The translations under genes and the position numbers were made by a program. Of a stretch of 64,000 nucleotides of DNA, positions 1 through 13,800 are shown piece by piece. Location of the stretch: contig CM082583.2 of NCBI GenBank assembly GCA_040954595.2, positions 8,666,254 through 8,730,253 on the forward strand, given 5' to 3'. This DNA comes from Balanoglossus misakiensis. Lineage: Eukaryota > Animalia > Hemichordata. Numbering within the stretch: the stretch's first letter is position 1; every line of letters begins with the position of its first letter. A model generated the notes under the pieces. The model had not been told where the DNA came from and searched no databases. It saw only the letters and a program-made list of their open reading frames with translations.

Positions 1-1294
1 TAAACGCTGTACTGGGGGAAAGTGAGAGCCCCTATAATACACCTAGACTGAAAGATCCCCTCAGCTTCAACTCTTACTATTCAGTCTCGTCCAGATTCTA
101 GACTGAGTTCAAGTTTATTGGGAAAGGTTCTGATCAGAGACTTTTTATGTTCACGGTAAACCCAGAAGCAGACATAATTTTAGTAAACATAAATGACAGG
201 GAAAATAAATTTCCACAACAAATGTATACACAACTAATGTCACAGTTAAGCAAAATGTTTTTTTTTAGGAATATGGCAGTATTACAAATGAAAAATCCTT
301 GACGAAGAGTTTAGATTGTCACGTGAATGTTGCAGTAACAAAAACAGCACAAACATATCATGAGCACTTTCAGGGGTTAACTGTTCCATTTCAAAAGCAG
401 ACAAAGAGTGCAATATATTTTCCTTTAGAAAAATACATGTCACTAGTACATTTTCAGAAGAAAATGTTCCAATAATGGAGAAACTGAAAATATGATTCAG
501 AAGGTGCTTTTAAGCACATCAAAATGTACGAGCATAGAAGATGATGGGTTGCATAAAATACCAGCACAGCTCGTTTCTGTTGTATCAGTCATTATGCTAT
601 TTCTTTATTCCCTTGCACTGACACACCCCATAAAACAGCATTTTTTATGAATTAAGGATGTATATGTAAATACATGTAGTAACTGTACTTCAATGACAGA
701 CATGGTCGCGCAGTTTTCATGCATTTTTCGATTTTACAAGACACAATTCCACTCTACTCTTAATGACTCAACCTACTCATTTTTTGCAATATAAACTGTG
801 AAGGTAATCACATGTCCATCTCATACTGACCTATGGATGTAAACTTCAGGCAAATTCAAATTCTAACTGCTACACATGTACATTGAATAGCGCCTTGAAT
901 GACCTTGCACTTCTCAGCCATGACTTACATGTATAAACCCTACCTCTAACTATAAACTGCAAGGTTGAACTTGACCCTGAACCTCTGGCAGCTCTTTGGC
1001 TTTGACACAAAATAATTCTACATCATCAAATCGTACTCTGCTATATCAAATTTCCAAATCTTTTAATTATATTCTCTAGTTTTTAAACTTACTTGATTTA
1101 ACTTTCTGTACAAAATTATTTCAAATGATTTCTCTTTACGTGTACGTTTCTAGCACTGATTCGCCTGACCATAAGATAAACTGAATGTAAATGCTTTATG
1201 GTTGAAAGAAACAAAGTACTGGTGTGTTTGTTTGTTTTTAAACGGGTAAACAAACACTGGAAACAAAACTAGAATGGGGTTCTTCATGCATAAT

Positions 1295-1835
1295 TTACAC
1301 AAATGTAGGGCCCGTTCTCTTGCCACTTTTCAGTACTTTATCGATGTCTCGAAGCAAGCCCGACAGGTGAACCACATCTTCCTTTTTAGCCGATGTACTT
1401 CCCTGACTTGAGGAAACGGTTGTTTGTGCGCTTACTCCGCTGTGTGAATACACTGTCTGATCAATCTCTGTCCTGTTCGACTGCACAAAGGATGACTGTT
1501 CCTCCTTTAGAACGGTGAGTTTGATTGGACGTCTGGCCGACACGGGCGACATTCTGCCCAATGGCCTTTGCCTTTTGAAGCTCGCCGGCGCCAATCCTCT
1601 GTCGGCGTATTTCGAGGGGAGCCGCCTCCCCCTCTGGGTGATGGCCCTGTTTTTGTTTATATGCTTGAGGAGTATGGGAGCGGGAGGGAGGTCAAAGGTC
1701 ACGGCGTACTCCTCGTTGGGATTGATTCCCAGACTGTCAAGGGACTCCAAGTCATCACTGCTGATTAAATCCTCGTCGCTGACAGCACTGGCACGGGAGA
1801 GTTGTAATGATGGCAGGTCGGCAGTCAAATTTTCC
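1295..1835 (-). CDS. MYO9: Myo9 terminal coding exon 31
   Basis: tttttcag|[10 protein letters not shown]...SDEDL...GPTFV*. Confidence 0.9.
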
Positions 1836-4800
1836 CTGAAAAAGAGGGTGTGCACATTTGCATAAGTTTCAGTGAACCTTTTCATGGGTTCCCAGCCCAA
1901 AATATGCACAATAGAGATCGAGGAAATACTATTGCCCTGTAGCTATGGGTAGTAAACATTGCAATGTTGAATGGACACTCAGCTGTGTCAGTTTACTTTC
2001 TGGCACTTCACACTTACTTCTCTTCCTGCAAAGTTTTGATGTGTTCTGACAACATCTGGACCTCTTCTTCCGCACTCTCCATGGACTCCGTCCTTTCCGA
2101 GAGACCCTCCAAGCGGAGACTCTGAAAGAGATCAAAGTTTTGCACTGACTGCATGACTGTCATCTGCGACGTTGCACTTAATCCCACCCATGTACGATGT
2201 ATGCCATTGGATACTGTTTTGTTTGTGCTGATCAAAGAACAGTTATTACCCAATCACGGCTTGTGTCATATAATGCTTTCAAGTCTAAAATAGTGTGAGG
2301 CTGATTTGATCCTGCACTGTTGCTCCTAGTGGCCCGGCACATGAGAAACAAACCTACCTGAGATGACTGTATGGTAGACAGTCTTTTATTGGCCGTATTA
2401 GCAGCCGATTCCAGGGTTCTGATATCAGCAAATGTACTCTTGATTTTTTTGACGGTTTCTTGAATGATGCACTCCAGAACCCTGCCAACAAAGAAAAGCA
2501 CAAATCAAAAATGATACAGATGCCAAGATTTAAGGATTTTTTTTTCTCATTCATTTCGCTGCAGAATAAAATCGTACAGTTTCAAATGACTCACACTGCT
2601 TGCTTGGCGACGTCCTGCAGACTTTCCAGAGGCGGGAGATCCTTATCAGTTTTCAGCAGGCACGGTGCAAAGACTATGGCCAATCCATTGGCAGACATTT
2701 TGTTGGAGCTTTCATGTAGGACAACTCTGCAAAGAAAGGACCAGAAAAAGAAGTGTTCTGGGATAAGACATTGAGATACATGTAGAGCTCTATGAAACTG
2801 ATATGGTGATACTGTGTATGAAATTATGCGAATGATACTGAGAACAAAATTGGCAGAAGTCCTTAGCAGTGTCCGTCCATCTGTTAGATCATTGATGTGG
2901 GGTTTTGATTTTTTTGGTTTTTGCATATAGTCAGTCTTTAAACGTGGCACCAATTTGACAATGCTGATATCACTGATTACAGCCATCATGGATTAGTCCA
3001 CTATACTGAAGTGTAGAAGATAGCAAAACAGAGTTCTTCAACCAGAAGTTTAACACACACACACATGATCAGAAATCTTCCCCTCACCTTGCAAGATGGA
3101 ACACCAGTCTCTCAAAGATGTCATGGTTTGTCTTGGGCAGTTTCTCGATCACCTGAAACAGTGACTGTATCCTCTCCTTGGGGTCTGTAAATTTCAGCGC
3201 TTTCAAAAATTCATCGTACAGCTCGAATGTCAGCAGGGGCTGTGACATCTCTCGGAAGAAAGACTTCAAAACTTGGCCGATGATGTACACATTGTAGTCA
3301 TCAAAGTTGATATTTTCTAAGTCTGCAATAACAAGTGCATAAATTCCACCTTTACAAGCCAATACTCACTGGGATTTTACATTTCTCTTCATACCCATCA
3401 CTGTTATAATGACATTGATAAAACTGTGCGTCTGTTACAAATCTCTTTGTTGTTTTTCTCGTGTTGCTCGACAACGTACAATATGAACTCACCCTATGTC
3501 AGTTTTGGAGCCACAGTATGATAATTATTTATTCCTATTTGTTTGTTTATTTGTTTACTTGTTTGTTTGCGGAGTGTTCCTACTTACTGGGATTATTATT
3601 TATGAGTTGTTTCAATTCCTTCACTTTGGCAGCCGATCCGGCTTTTCTGTAAATTCCCTCCGTGTAGAGCCCCTTCGTTTCCATGATGCCAATACACTTG
3701 TCGACTATGGGCGGTATCTTGACATTCTCCCTGACCAACTTGTCAATCTTGCCACCGAACACCTGCGACAACCCCTCACTGCCGCGACGGCAGAACAAGG
3801 TGGACTTGGAATAGCACTTCTTGTGGCAGGTAAATTTACATTCTGTGGGAGGAAAAAAATTGGAAGACGCCATGGAGATTTAGCACACAGTGGTTGGAGT
3901 TATGTTCATCGAAAGTTGACTGAAAATGAAAAGTGTGGTCACAACTTACCTGAGCAAACCAGGCCTTTCTCCATCAACCACAGAAATGCCGAACAGTGTT
4001 CACAAGCCGTGGGAATGTTGCAGATGACAGTGACAAATTTATGGCCAAGATGTCCCACAATCTCGTCTTTCTTCTTTTTCTTCTTCTGAGGCTGGCAAAT
4101 GAAGTGACAGGATTTTCATATTCAGTAAAAATGTAAACATGCCTTCATTTCACTGATCATAAAGATGTTAAATTGTCTGGTCTACAGTTAGGCAGACAGG
4201 CAGACAGACAGAGAAAGAAAGATGGCCACTGGTGTCACCAGGGATACGACACCAGCATAGTATATGTTTTAGTCCGTAAGATGGTATGTCAAACTGGAAG
4301 AGATGATGATTAATAATTACTGGAAAAAGGACAGTATCAGATCAATTTGTGTGAATTACCTTTTTGGGAGGTTGTTGTACCGGTTTGTAAACTTGGATGA
4401 ACTCATCAAGGTAACCCCGGAACGCGTTGACGCCCATGATGACAGGAAACTGGGCAATGGTCACTTCTGTCACAGACACATGTTCCAAGACTGTCTCAAA
4501 ATAGGAGATCAGGTCCTTGTACATGAGTGAAATCTGTTGTCCCTCCTGTAGGCAGGTCAAATAAAATTTCTTGTTAAATCTAATTTTTATGACTTCAAAT
4601 TGGTAGACTGTAAATGACTAGTTCACACCAGTTTTGTCATCTTCAGTAATCTTCTTTCAGCTCCAATGATAGTCACTTAAAATTTCAAAGCACTTCACGA
4701 TATGTACGATAACAATCATAATGGGCCCAGGCATAAGCTCAATGTATACAAAGACTATAATCATGATACTTCAGACCTACACATTGTTAAATTATAATTT

Positions 4801-7800
4801 TTTTCTTACCTGCATTGCCACGGAATAGGTACTTATAAGATTTTTTCTAAACTCCTGCATAGCTTTCTTGAATACCAAGTCGACTATCGTATCCCTCCTA
4901 CCACCATATTGGTTGACTTCATTGACCTGGCAAATTGATGTGAGAAAGCGATATTAGGAACACACACAGGAAAGCCAAGATCAAGACAGAGTTTGACAGT
5001 ACGAGACTGAAATCCCAAGACAGTCTGATGTCCAACATGTATAACCTGTCCATCAGCAGATGCACGGAAATGTTTTAAGCTATAAGTCTGCCCAGTTAGC
5101 AGTATTCATAATGAAATGGTCATTCCACTGGTGGCCCGTACATTCATAAAGTCACGCGTTTCCTTTGCTGCAATGTCTGTTGTTTCTTACCTTAGCCAGC
5201 AAAAACTCGTCCATGAAGCGCAGTTCACTTGCATCGCTGATAAGCTGCTTGTCGGGATATCTCCACTGCGAGGTGCTGGTCACGTTGAAACTCACGGGCA
5301 AAGTGCGACTGATCGTCGTCTGAGTGAAATCTGCTTTCTTCTCGTTCGGTTTCTTCTTCTGCTTGATGATCACGTTCGCCTCGAATTCTTTCATCTTCTT
5401 CTGTCGCCTCCTCTTCCGCCAGAAGAGACGGCTTTTCTGGGGCTCCTCTTGCGGCGCGTCCTGCTTGGTGAGGTCTTCCTCCGATAATTCTTTGTCGTCT
5501 TCTCGGGCGTCCGACATATCGTCCGACATTCCAGACGGTGAGAGAGGGGACATCGTAGGCGACAGGGGTGATCGGACCTGGTCCCTGTTGTACTGTTCGG
5601 GGGGAAAAATTGAACAAAATTGTTGGAAAAATTATCTATAAACATATCCTTACCACAGTGGCAATTCGATCTAAATGTGATACCCTTTCATCACAAAATC
5701 AACAATAGTTCTCAGTCTGAAACAAGACTGCTACATTTGTTGGCATCATACAATGTACCACTACATGTATATTGTATATGAAACTGAGGAAGTAAAGTCC
5801 ACATTTTGCTGGCAGCTTGATGTTTTTTCCAGTAAAAAGGCCAGGCATAACATACATGTACATGTATTGCACAGGAAGGGGAGAGGTGAGAGAGTCATTA
5901 CCTTTGGTGGTAGATCTTTAATTTCTCTGAAGCTGAGTTTGCTGGTTATTTGTTTGACTTTATCTGGTCTTGGTTCCACCTTGCTGGGCGTACTCGTTTT
6001 CACTGCTACTTCCTGTTGGTAGGCCTTGGCCATGTCAGATACACTGGCCACAGTAATAAAGAAACACAATGTCACGTTCACTCTTCATAAGAATTGATAC
6101 ATAGTAATTCTGTCAAAAGTTTTTTTGATAATAATCACATTTTTTATGGTAGCATTGGCAGCAGAAGTAATTTTTCTAGAAAGCTGGTCCAGGGTCCATG
6201 ATTCTCCTCAACACTGTACCTGATTGACTTTGGCCTATCGTCCTCTTCCGAATCTTCCAGTGGTCTGATAACCAGTAAAGACGCTCTTTTCTCTATGTGC
6301 TTTTCAGTTGGTGACTTGGGCGTTTTTCCAGTTTCCTCCGCGGGGCTTGGCTCCGACTTATTGATGATCTTCACCACTTTTACGGGGGTGCTGGCCGGAC
6401 CTCGTGCCCCACTGTCTGGACTGGTGAAAGGCACAACGGGCGATTTGGCTCTCTCAGTTTTCTTGTCGAGGGGCTCAGTCTCCATGGGCATGGAGTCATC
6501 GTCCACTAAGTTGCCTTCGGAGCCAGATGAACCCATCTCAATCACACCACTGCTTCTGCAAACACAAAATCAACAATCACTTGAAATAAATCGCTATAAT
6601 TTAACTCACATTAAACATTATATTTCATGCTAAATTTGGTTAAGAAAAACACATCTGTCCCGGAAGATGAGAAACATTCTGAACAAAATTGAATATATTA
6701 ATTGAGAGCTGCTGCTTTATTCCCAATTAGACTGTATCACACCCTATCTTCCGTTACTTGCAGGCATATCAGGTACAGGGTATCTCCATTTCAGGACACC
6801 ACACTCGAGACATTATATGACATACAAAAATTACTACAAAAGTACCAGCAAACTACAATATTCATAACAGACAACATCAAACTAAGCAATCAGACTTTGC
6901 ATGAGGAGTCTTAGATCTTGAACTTACTCATCTGACAGAACACCCTCTTCTTGTCGTAAATTTTCCCGATGAAAATCTTCCAAGTCATCGTTGGATGAAT
7001 CCCTCGTTAGAATTCCTTCATCACTGAGCAGTGACTGCCCTTCCTCGGATTGCTTCAGCAATTCCTGTTCCTGTCTCTCTTTCTCTTCTTCCTCTTCCCT
7101 TCTTATCCGTTCTTCCTCCTCCCTCTTTTTCCTCTCTTCCTCGGCCCTCAGTCTTTCCTCCTCCTCTTTCCGTAATCTCTCTTCTTCTTCCTCTTTTCTC
7201 CTCCTCTCTTCCTCTTCCAGTCTCTTCCTCCTTTCTTCAACTAATTTCTCGTAGCTGTGAGCAGGGAAGACACAATCGTAAGGATAACTGAAACGGAACT
7301 CTAGAGGACGCACCACACTGCACCACAGGAAAACAGTCGCCATGACAACACTAAGCAAGAAAAGCCAGAGAAACCACTGACAATTGTCTGTATCACTCAC
7401 TTGGCTCTGGCAATGTTGCCTCTGATGCGACACTGGAGTTGCACCACGGCCGTGCGCAGTTTGAGAAACAGTCCTCTTTGCCTGTAGGCTCTCCAACTGC
7501 TCTGAATGATGGCTGTGGCTAGGTCTTGCTCTTTCAAGTGGAAAAGTACTCTCTTGGCCAGGAACATTCGCACTCCAGCCTGGTTTGCAGACAAATTAGA
7601 AATATCTATGAAAACTTCATATTGGCTTGTCTTAAAGAGTGACATATATCCAGTTTGAGCCATCAATTGATTTTAACCATTACATGTAGGCATATATACT
7701 AACAATACCATGCCAAACCAAGAAAGATAAGCTCACCTGTAGTTTAATTGTTGCTTCCCTGATTTGCTGGTATCTTCGCTTGGCTAGTACTGTCTTCGTC

Positions 7801-10800
7801 CATCTCTGAATGATGTTAATTCTTCTCAGAACCTCCTGGTGAAGTCGGCTTTGCAGTTTCATCCGCTCGCTTTCTCTTAGAAATATCTGATGAATAAAAA
7901 AGGCAAAAATGCAATCCACTCATCAGTGGTATTACTACAATGTAGGTACTACATACATTGTTGGAAGTCTCTCAAGCCTGTGTTTGTGTCAGCCTGTCAC
8001 TTGCTACATTTATGTCTGTCAATCAGGGATATCTATCACTCCATCTGTCAGACTCTGTGTAATGTCCTTTGTTGAGTACAACTCGTGTGTGTTTCACGGT
8101 ATTTCTCCCCCAAAACTGCTCATACCTTTGTATCGCCAATCTGGTAGTGATCTTTGGTCAGATCCATATTCATGAGAAACTCTTCGATTTTCTCACTGGA
8201 AACTTCAAACTCAATTGGCAGGAGAAACTTGTACTGTTGGCAGAATTCCTACAGAATGCACACAAAATGATACTGTGATACAAACAGCACAGGTTTGTCT
8301 GGTGCAAGTGTACATGTACATGTATATGCACACAGTCATGTACATATGAAACAAATTTAGACAGATTTCACTGCAGTCAAAAAAAATTCTGATACATGTA
8401 CATGTACATGTATGCTACTGTGACCCCTTACCTCAAAGGTCAGCCTGACATTGTAACCAGCCCTGCGTATTCTCACAGTTTCCAACATCCCAGTGTAGCG
8501 TAACTGTCTCATCAGCAGGTCTTCGTCCATGTGGCATGGCTCCTTCATGGAGTTGGACTTGATGCAGCGGACAAAGAACGGGTTGGCTTGATTCAGGGCC
8601 TCCATCAACTTGCCCAGGGAGATCTGTCAAGACATTAGTCACAGAGCAGACACTATCAACAATTTTCAGGTGGTATCATCTTGACTACAAACACAACTGT
8701 CTTCATGGACTGCTTGTCAAAAAGTCAAATTATTTTTTCAACTCACCTGGAATTGTGACCCAACTGTAGTCTGTACTTTCTTAGTGCTGTAGCGCACACT
8801 GTGTAAACTTCTGTGCGCTAATTTCATCACTGATTTCAAATCCTTCAAACCCTACAATGAAGAACACAAGTCAAGACAGCCCTTAACTTCTAGTTGTCTT
8901 TTCCTATCTAAAAATGTCAAGAGGGGCATTTAAATACAAATATTCAGTTTAAATGTAAAACCAACCTTGATTGGTCCCGGTGACAACTTGAAGGATTTAC
9001 TCTTCCTAAAGAAAACAAGAATGATGGAGAGGCTTACAAAATGTCTGATGTCGGAGTTGATCTGAGCAGAAAGCACTCTTATCAAGTGAAAATCTCTTGC
9101 TCTTGAAATCAAGCATCTACAGCCTGTGCAAGGCATATTATGTCAAATAACACATTAAGGTACCTTTGATAACCACAGTATTTGCTCATAGGCAGCCATT
9201 ATTAAAGCATCCTGCGTTTAGGTATTTATGTCAAATAAAGCACCCTGTAAGAAGGCATTCTCTAATAAAGCATCTTGCGTTCAGGCGTTTTCTAGATTCA
9301 CACAAAACGCCTTTTTTGGTACGCTTTAGTATAACACTACTGGCACTGAGCACATTCATTATTACAAGCATTCACTCATTTGTACTGCAACATCTACTCC
9401 CCCCCCCCCCTCAACCAAAGCAAATGGTCAAACCCTTACATCTTGACCCTTATAAAGCAAAGGGTCAATTTTCAAATTAATTGCAGTTTGCTTCATTGGG
9501 CATTAAGTAACATAATAACTTCCCTGTGAGACAAAAAAGAACTTCTGCACAGATTTGAAACTTAAAACTTAAAGCTGATCATATGTATTCGGACTGAAAG
9601 ATTTCACACTGTACGATGTGTGGTTTAATTAGATTCCAATTGAATTGCTCGGTTCAGTCACATGATTGCTGAAAGCCATATTTGGAATGGTCTGCTTCCC
9701 TACACCCACGGCAGCCCAGCAAGATGTCTGTGATCTGTGAGGCACGTACAAAGCATCTCTTTGTCTCTCATGGAATGTTATTATGTCACTTTGTAAAACT
9801 GCACCAGCCCCCAGCAGCACCCTGCAAGGCAAAGTGAGTGCGGCCCATCACCGACAGCTCACCACAAATATTTCCCAGCAAAACTTTCTTAATTGATGAC
9901 TATGGGTTTGCAAGGGAAAATATCCCTGGTTGGAGAATGAAGTACATGCATGATGTTCCCCCCCCCCCTCCCCCAGCATATTATCTGTAAAACCCTCTGC
10001 AGCTTGCTTCCTGCAATAGTATGCGTTAGTAATTAGGCCATGGAAGTATCAGCTCAGATTTCTTCTTGCACAAAGTTACATGCATGAAGCAAGAAGGCGA
10101 GGGAAAGATATGTTGACGTTTTTACACAGAAAAGGACAAATGTCTTGATGATTGCCATGTGGATTGGTGAACACGACGTGACATATGAAGACAGCTCATA
10201 TGGCAGTGTATGGTTTAGATAATAATGTTTGTGGGTTTGATTTGGGAGTTAAGTAACATTGCACTGTCTTCTACATTAAGCCGGGAGTGACACATGAGAA
10301 ATCCTGAGGTGTTTCACGAAGACACCAGCTTGGCATTGAAATTTTACGCAGTGTATATGTTCTTTTGTCAGTAAACTGCGTCAGCTTCCAGTGGAAACAC
10401 CTCCATTTTTCCACGTTTAGTTTTCAGCAGCGGAAGTCTTATTACTTCCAACGGATTAAGGAGTTGAGTTAATTTGATATGTTTGTAACAAGCATTAAGA
10501 AATTTAGATGTTGGGTACGTTTGGGATTTGGGATATTTGATGCGTGATAGCAAAGAATGGGGAGCGAGTACACTGCATGCGTTTTATACTACATCTACAT
10601 GTACACGTTGCTTCATTAGATTTCTGGCCTGAAAACAGCTTTTGCTAGAGCAAGCAGAACGGACTACTGGGAACGGGAACAGGGTCTTTCTACTGGCAAA
10701 CAGACACAACGACTGCAACATACATCATGATTTTTCTCGCTTTCCAGAAATCGTCAGTGACAGTGAAGATGGTGCTGCGTCGGCGGTCGACTGTTTCAGC

Positions 10801-13800
10801 GCCCTTGTTTGTTTGCGATTTCCCCGGCGCGCCGCGTGACTTCCGTTTGTCGGGTGACAGACACGCGGGCAATGTTTGGTATGATGGTGGTTGGTGTGAC
10901 GAATGAATGCTACCGACCGTGTTGGGGTTAATAACATGCACGTCATGATCGACACCACTAGATTTAAAACAAAAGAATAATAAAAAGATGATTGGCATGA
11001 CAACGATGACAAAAGAAAATGTTAACGTAAAGAGAAAAGTAACACTTACCAGAAATGGGAAAAAAATGACATATACATGACGACATTTACTGTTTAGTTT
11101 ACCCCATAGGCCACAGAAGGAGATGACTGTGGTTTCTCGTATGAAAATCTTTAAATTTATACTCTTTGAAAAGTCAGTAGTGGTAACATTAGTTGGCTGT
11201 TCATACAATTGTGTGTGACATTATTTTGACACACATACCTAATGTAACCTCTCTCATCAGACTGTCAAAATATACGGTAAAACAAAACAAAATGGAGATG
11301 GTGAGGTGGGGAATGACAGCCTAAGAAACAAATGACGCAGGTTGATTATTAGTACAGAATTTTACAATTAAAAATGCATGTTGGAAGCGGATTTTAATAG
11401 CAAGCGCAGCATATCAGCATCATAGCGAGTTATATTTTTTCCCCCAGCCCTTTTTTCTGTGGCGATATGACTTACTTAATCTTGGTCAGCAATGTGAAGC
11501 ACGTAGCGACATGAAAGAAGTCTCTGGACCCACAAGAAGATAGAGTTGTATGTCACGGGAAAAAAATAAATACAAAGCAAAAGAAAACAACTTGAAAACA
11601 ACAGCAAAGGAAAGACAGTAAAGAAAGATTGACAGACACAACACAGCACTGTGATGGTAAAATCAATGCTAATGTTGAAAACGAAATCAGTTCTTCTTTT
11701 TCAATGTTTAAAACATGTCGGACAGTGTGCGAAAGAATATTACACAGTGCTAGAATTGACAGAATGTTAAATAAACTAATGCTGAATTTTTTTGCACCTA
11801 ATTTCATAGGCAAATTATTGTCAACAAAACATGAAAATTATTTTCAAATGATTTGAAAACAAATTTTGTTGTGTCATGCAAAATTAAGATTATGCAAACC
11901 TTATTTCAAGATTTAATACACTTTAGAGGAAAAGAATGCAAGGTTAGCCTTTCTAGAATATAAATATTTATATTTGAATTATGCTTATCAACAAAGCTGT
12001 TACTTATGCAAAACAGTTTCACAGTTATTGGGTTAAAATTAAAGCTCAATGGTTGTATGGTTGTGGGAGACAGATCGAGTTCTATATTCAGTGTCAGTAC
12101 ATGTACTTTACATGTGAGATAGGAAGAGGGTGGCTTTAAGTTAGAATGTACAATTATCGAAAAGTAACTTCAGTCATTCGGCTTAATTAATGCTACATGT
12201 ATTTTTTGTAAGTTGTATAGCTGTTAGATCTAAGATGACACAAACAGACATCACAGTGCATTCAATAATTCTGAAATAAAATAGCATGATCACAGTTAGC
12301 ATAAATAACTTGTCAGAGATTGAAAGATTAACAGGTTCACATTCTAACAAAGTGCAATCTGGCACAATATTTCAATATCATCCTTACCCGAGAACAGGTC
12401 CTTCTTTGCCTAGACTCAGTCTCTTGTGAACTGGAGCTTTGGGTTTGCCTGTAGTAATGACAAAAACCAAATCATAGATTTCTCGGTCAGTACTTGGGAA
12501 AATGTCCAAAATTAAAAATCTGGACAGCATGTTAAGTCTGAGAATTACACTTTCCAACACAGGTGGCGCTCTTGTACTTCTGTTTGATATCCCTGTCGAA
12601 ACCATGACCAATTTCTTCACAACAGCCTTTCTGATTGGCTGTGCTCGTGTGAGCTTGTCTGTTCCTTACCTCCTCTTTTCCGCAATTCTTTGCCAGCACC
12701 CCTGAAGGCCTGGACACTGCGGAAGAAAGCCCTGACGATTGCCCAGCGGAATACAGCCACCGGATCAGCACCAATGAGTTCTCTCACAAATGACATGTTG
12801 CTGTTCTTCAGAACCACTACAATGTCAGGTCTCATCATGTCATTGTTCTTCTCACGAAATTCCTGTGAAACAATCGAGAAATACCATGTAATACTTTTGG
12901 GGCAGATCCTTTTGATATACTCATTTTTCTTGTGAGAGAATATGTCTAAATCATATCTTGCATAGCTTGCCATTCAACTTGCCAACAATGGAGGAACGAT
13001 CATGCACTGTGTTCAAAAATGAGATGCTTTGATATAATGCCTACACACCTTACGAAGCATTTCAAAATGGAGGACCAGAATCTTACGTGCATAAAAGATG
13101 AGGGTAGGGGATAGTGATGGAACCTACCTTGGCTTGGTATTTAATCTTGCCGGCATAGTGGATGATGATGAAAGAGGATTCCTTCACGGGAGGAAGTTCA
13201 AAACCCTCATTGTCATGGTGATGCCTGTCAAACTTTGCCAGCAGGTTGTGTCCATCGTGGTCAGCCTGTGGAAAACTGCAGGAAAACAGAGAAGATTTCA
13301 TATTGAATTGAGGCAAATTTATCACTGAAAGCACCCAATGGATAAAGCACCCAGCAATGCTGCAAGTGCACTACCATGAATATCACATGTCAGTATTGAT
13401 CACTTGGTTGCTGTATGTTCACTTACTTGCAGTCATCGTCCAGCAGATGGAAGAGACCAGTTGGTCTCTTGGACAGCAGATTCAGACAGGATGTGTTATC
13501 AATGAAGTCAATGTTGTCCCACAGTATTCCTTCTTTCTGGTATTCTTCCTGGAGAGGGAGGGAAGGAGAGAGAGAAAGAGATGAATAAAGCTGTCTCTAA
13601 CAAGTACATGTACATTGCCCTCTACAGGCAAATCACATACAGCCACAACAGTACTCTACCACTCCATACAACATAATTGCAATAGGTTGACTCAGCCTTG
13701 GAATTAATATTTCTAAAATTTGACAGGCACAGGTTACAGCGACATACAATCAATACAAGGGTCACCGTGATATCACTCAATCATGATGACACATTGCCTA

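Noticed and set aside
9130-9290. Degenerate ~30-nt tandem repeat (AATAAAGCA...AGGC)
   Set aside because: Few, poorly conserved units in an intron; no supportable function.
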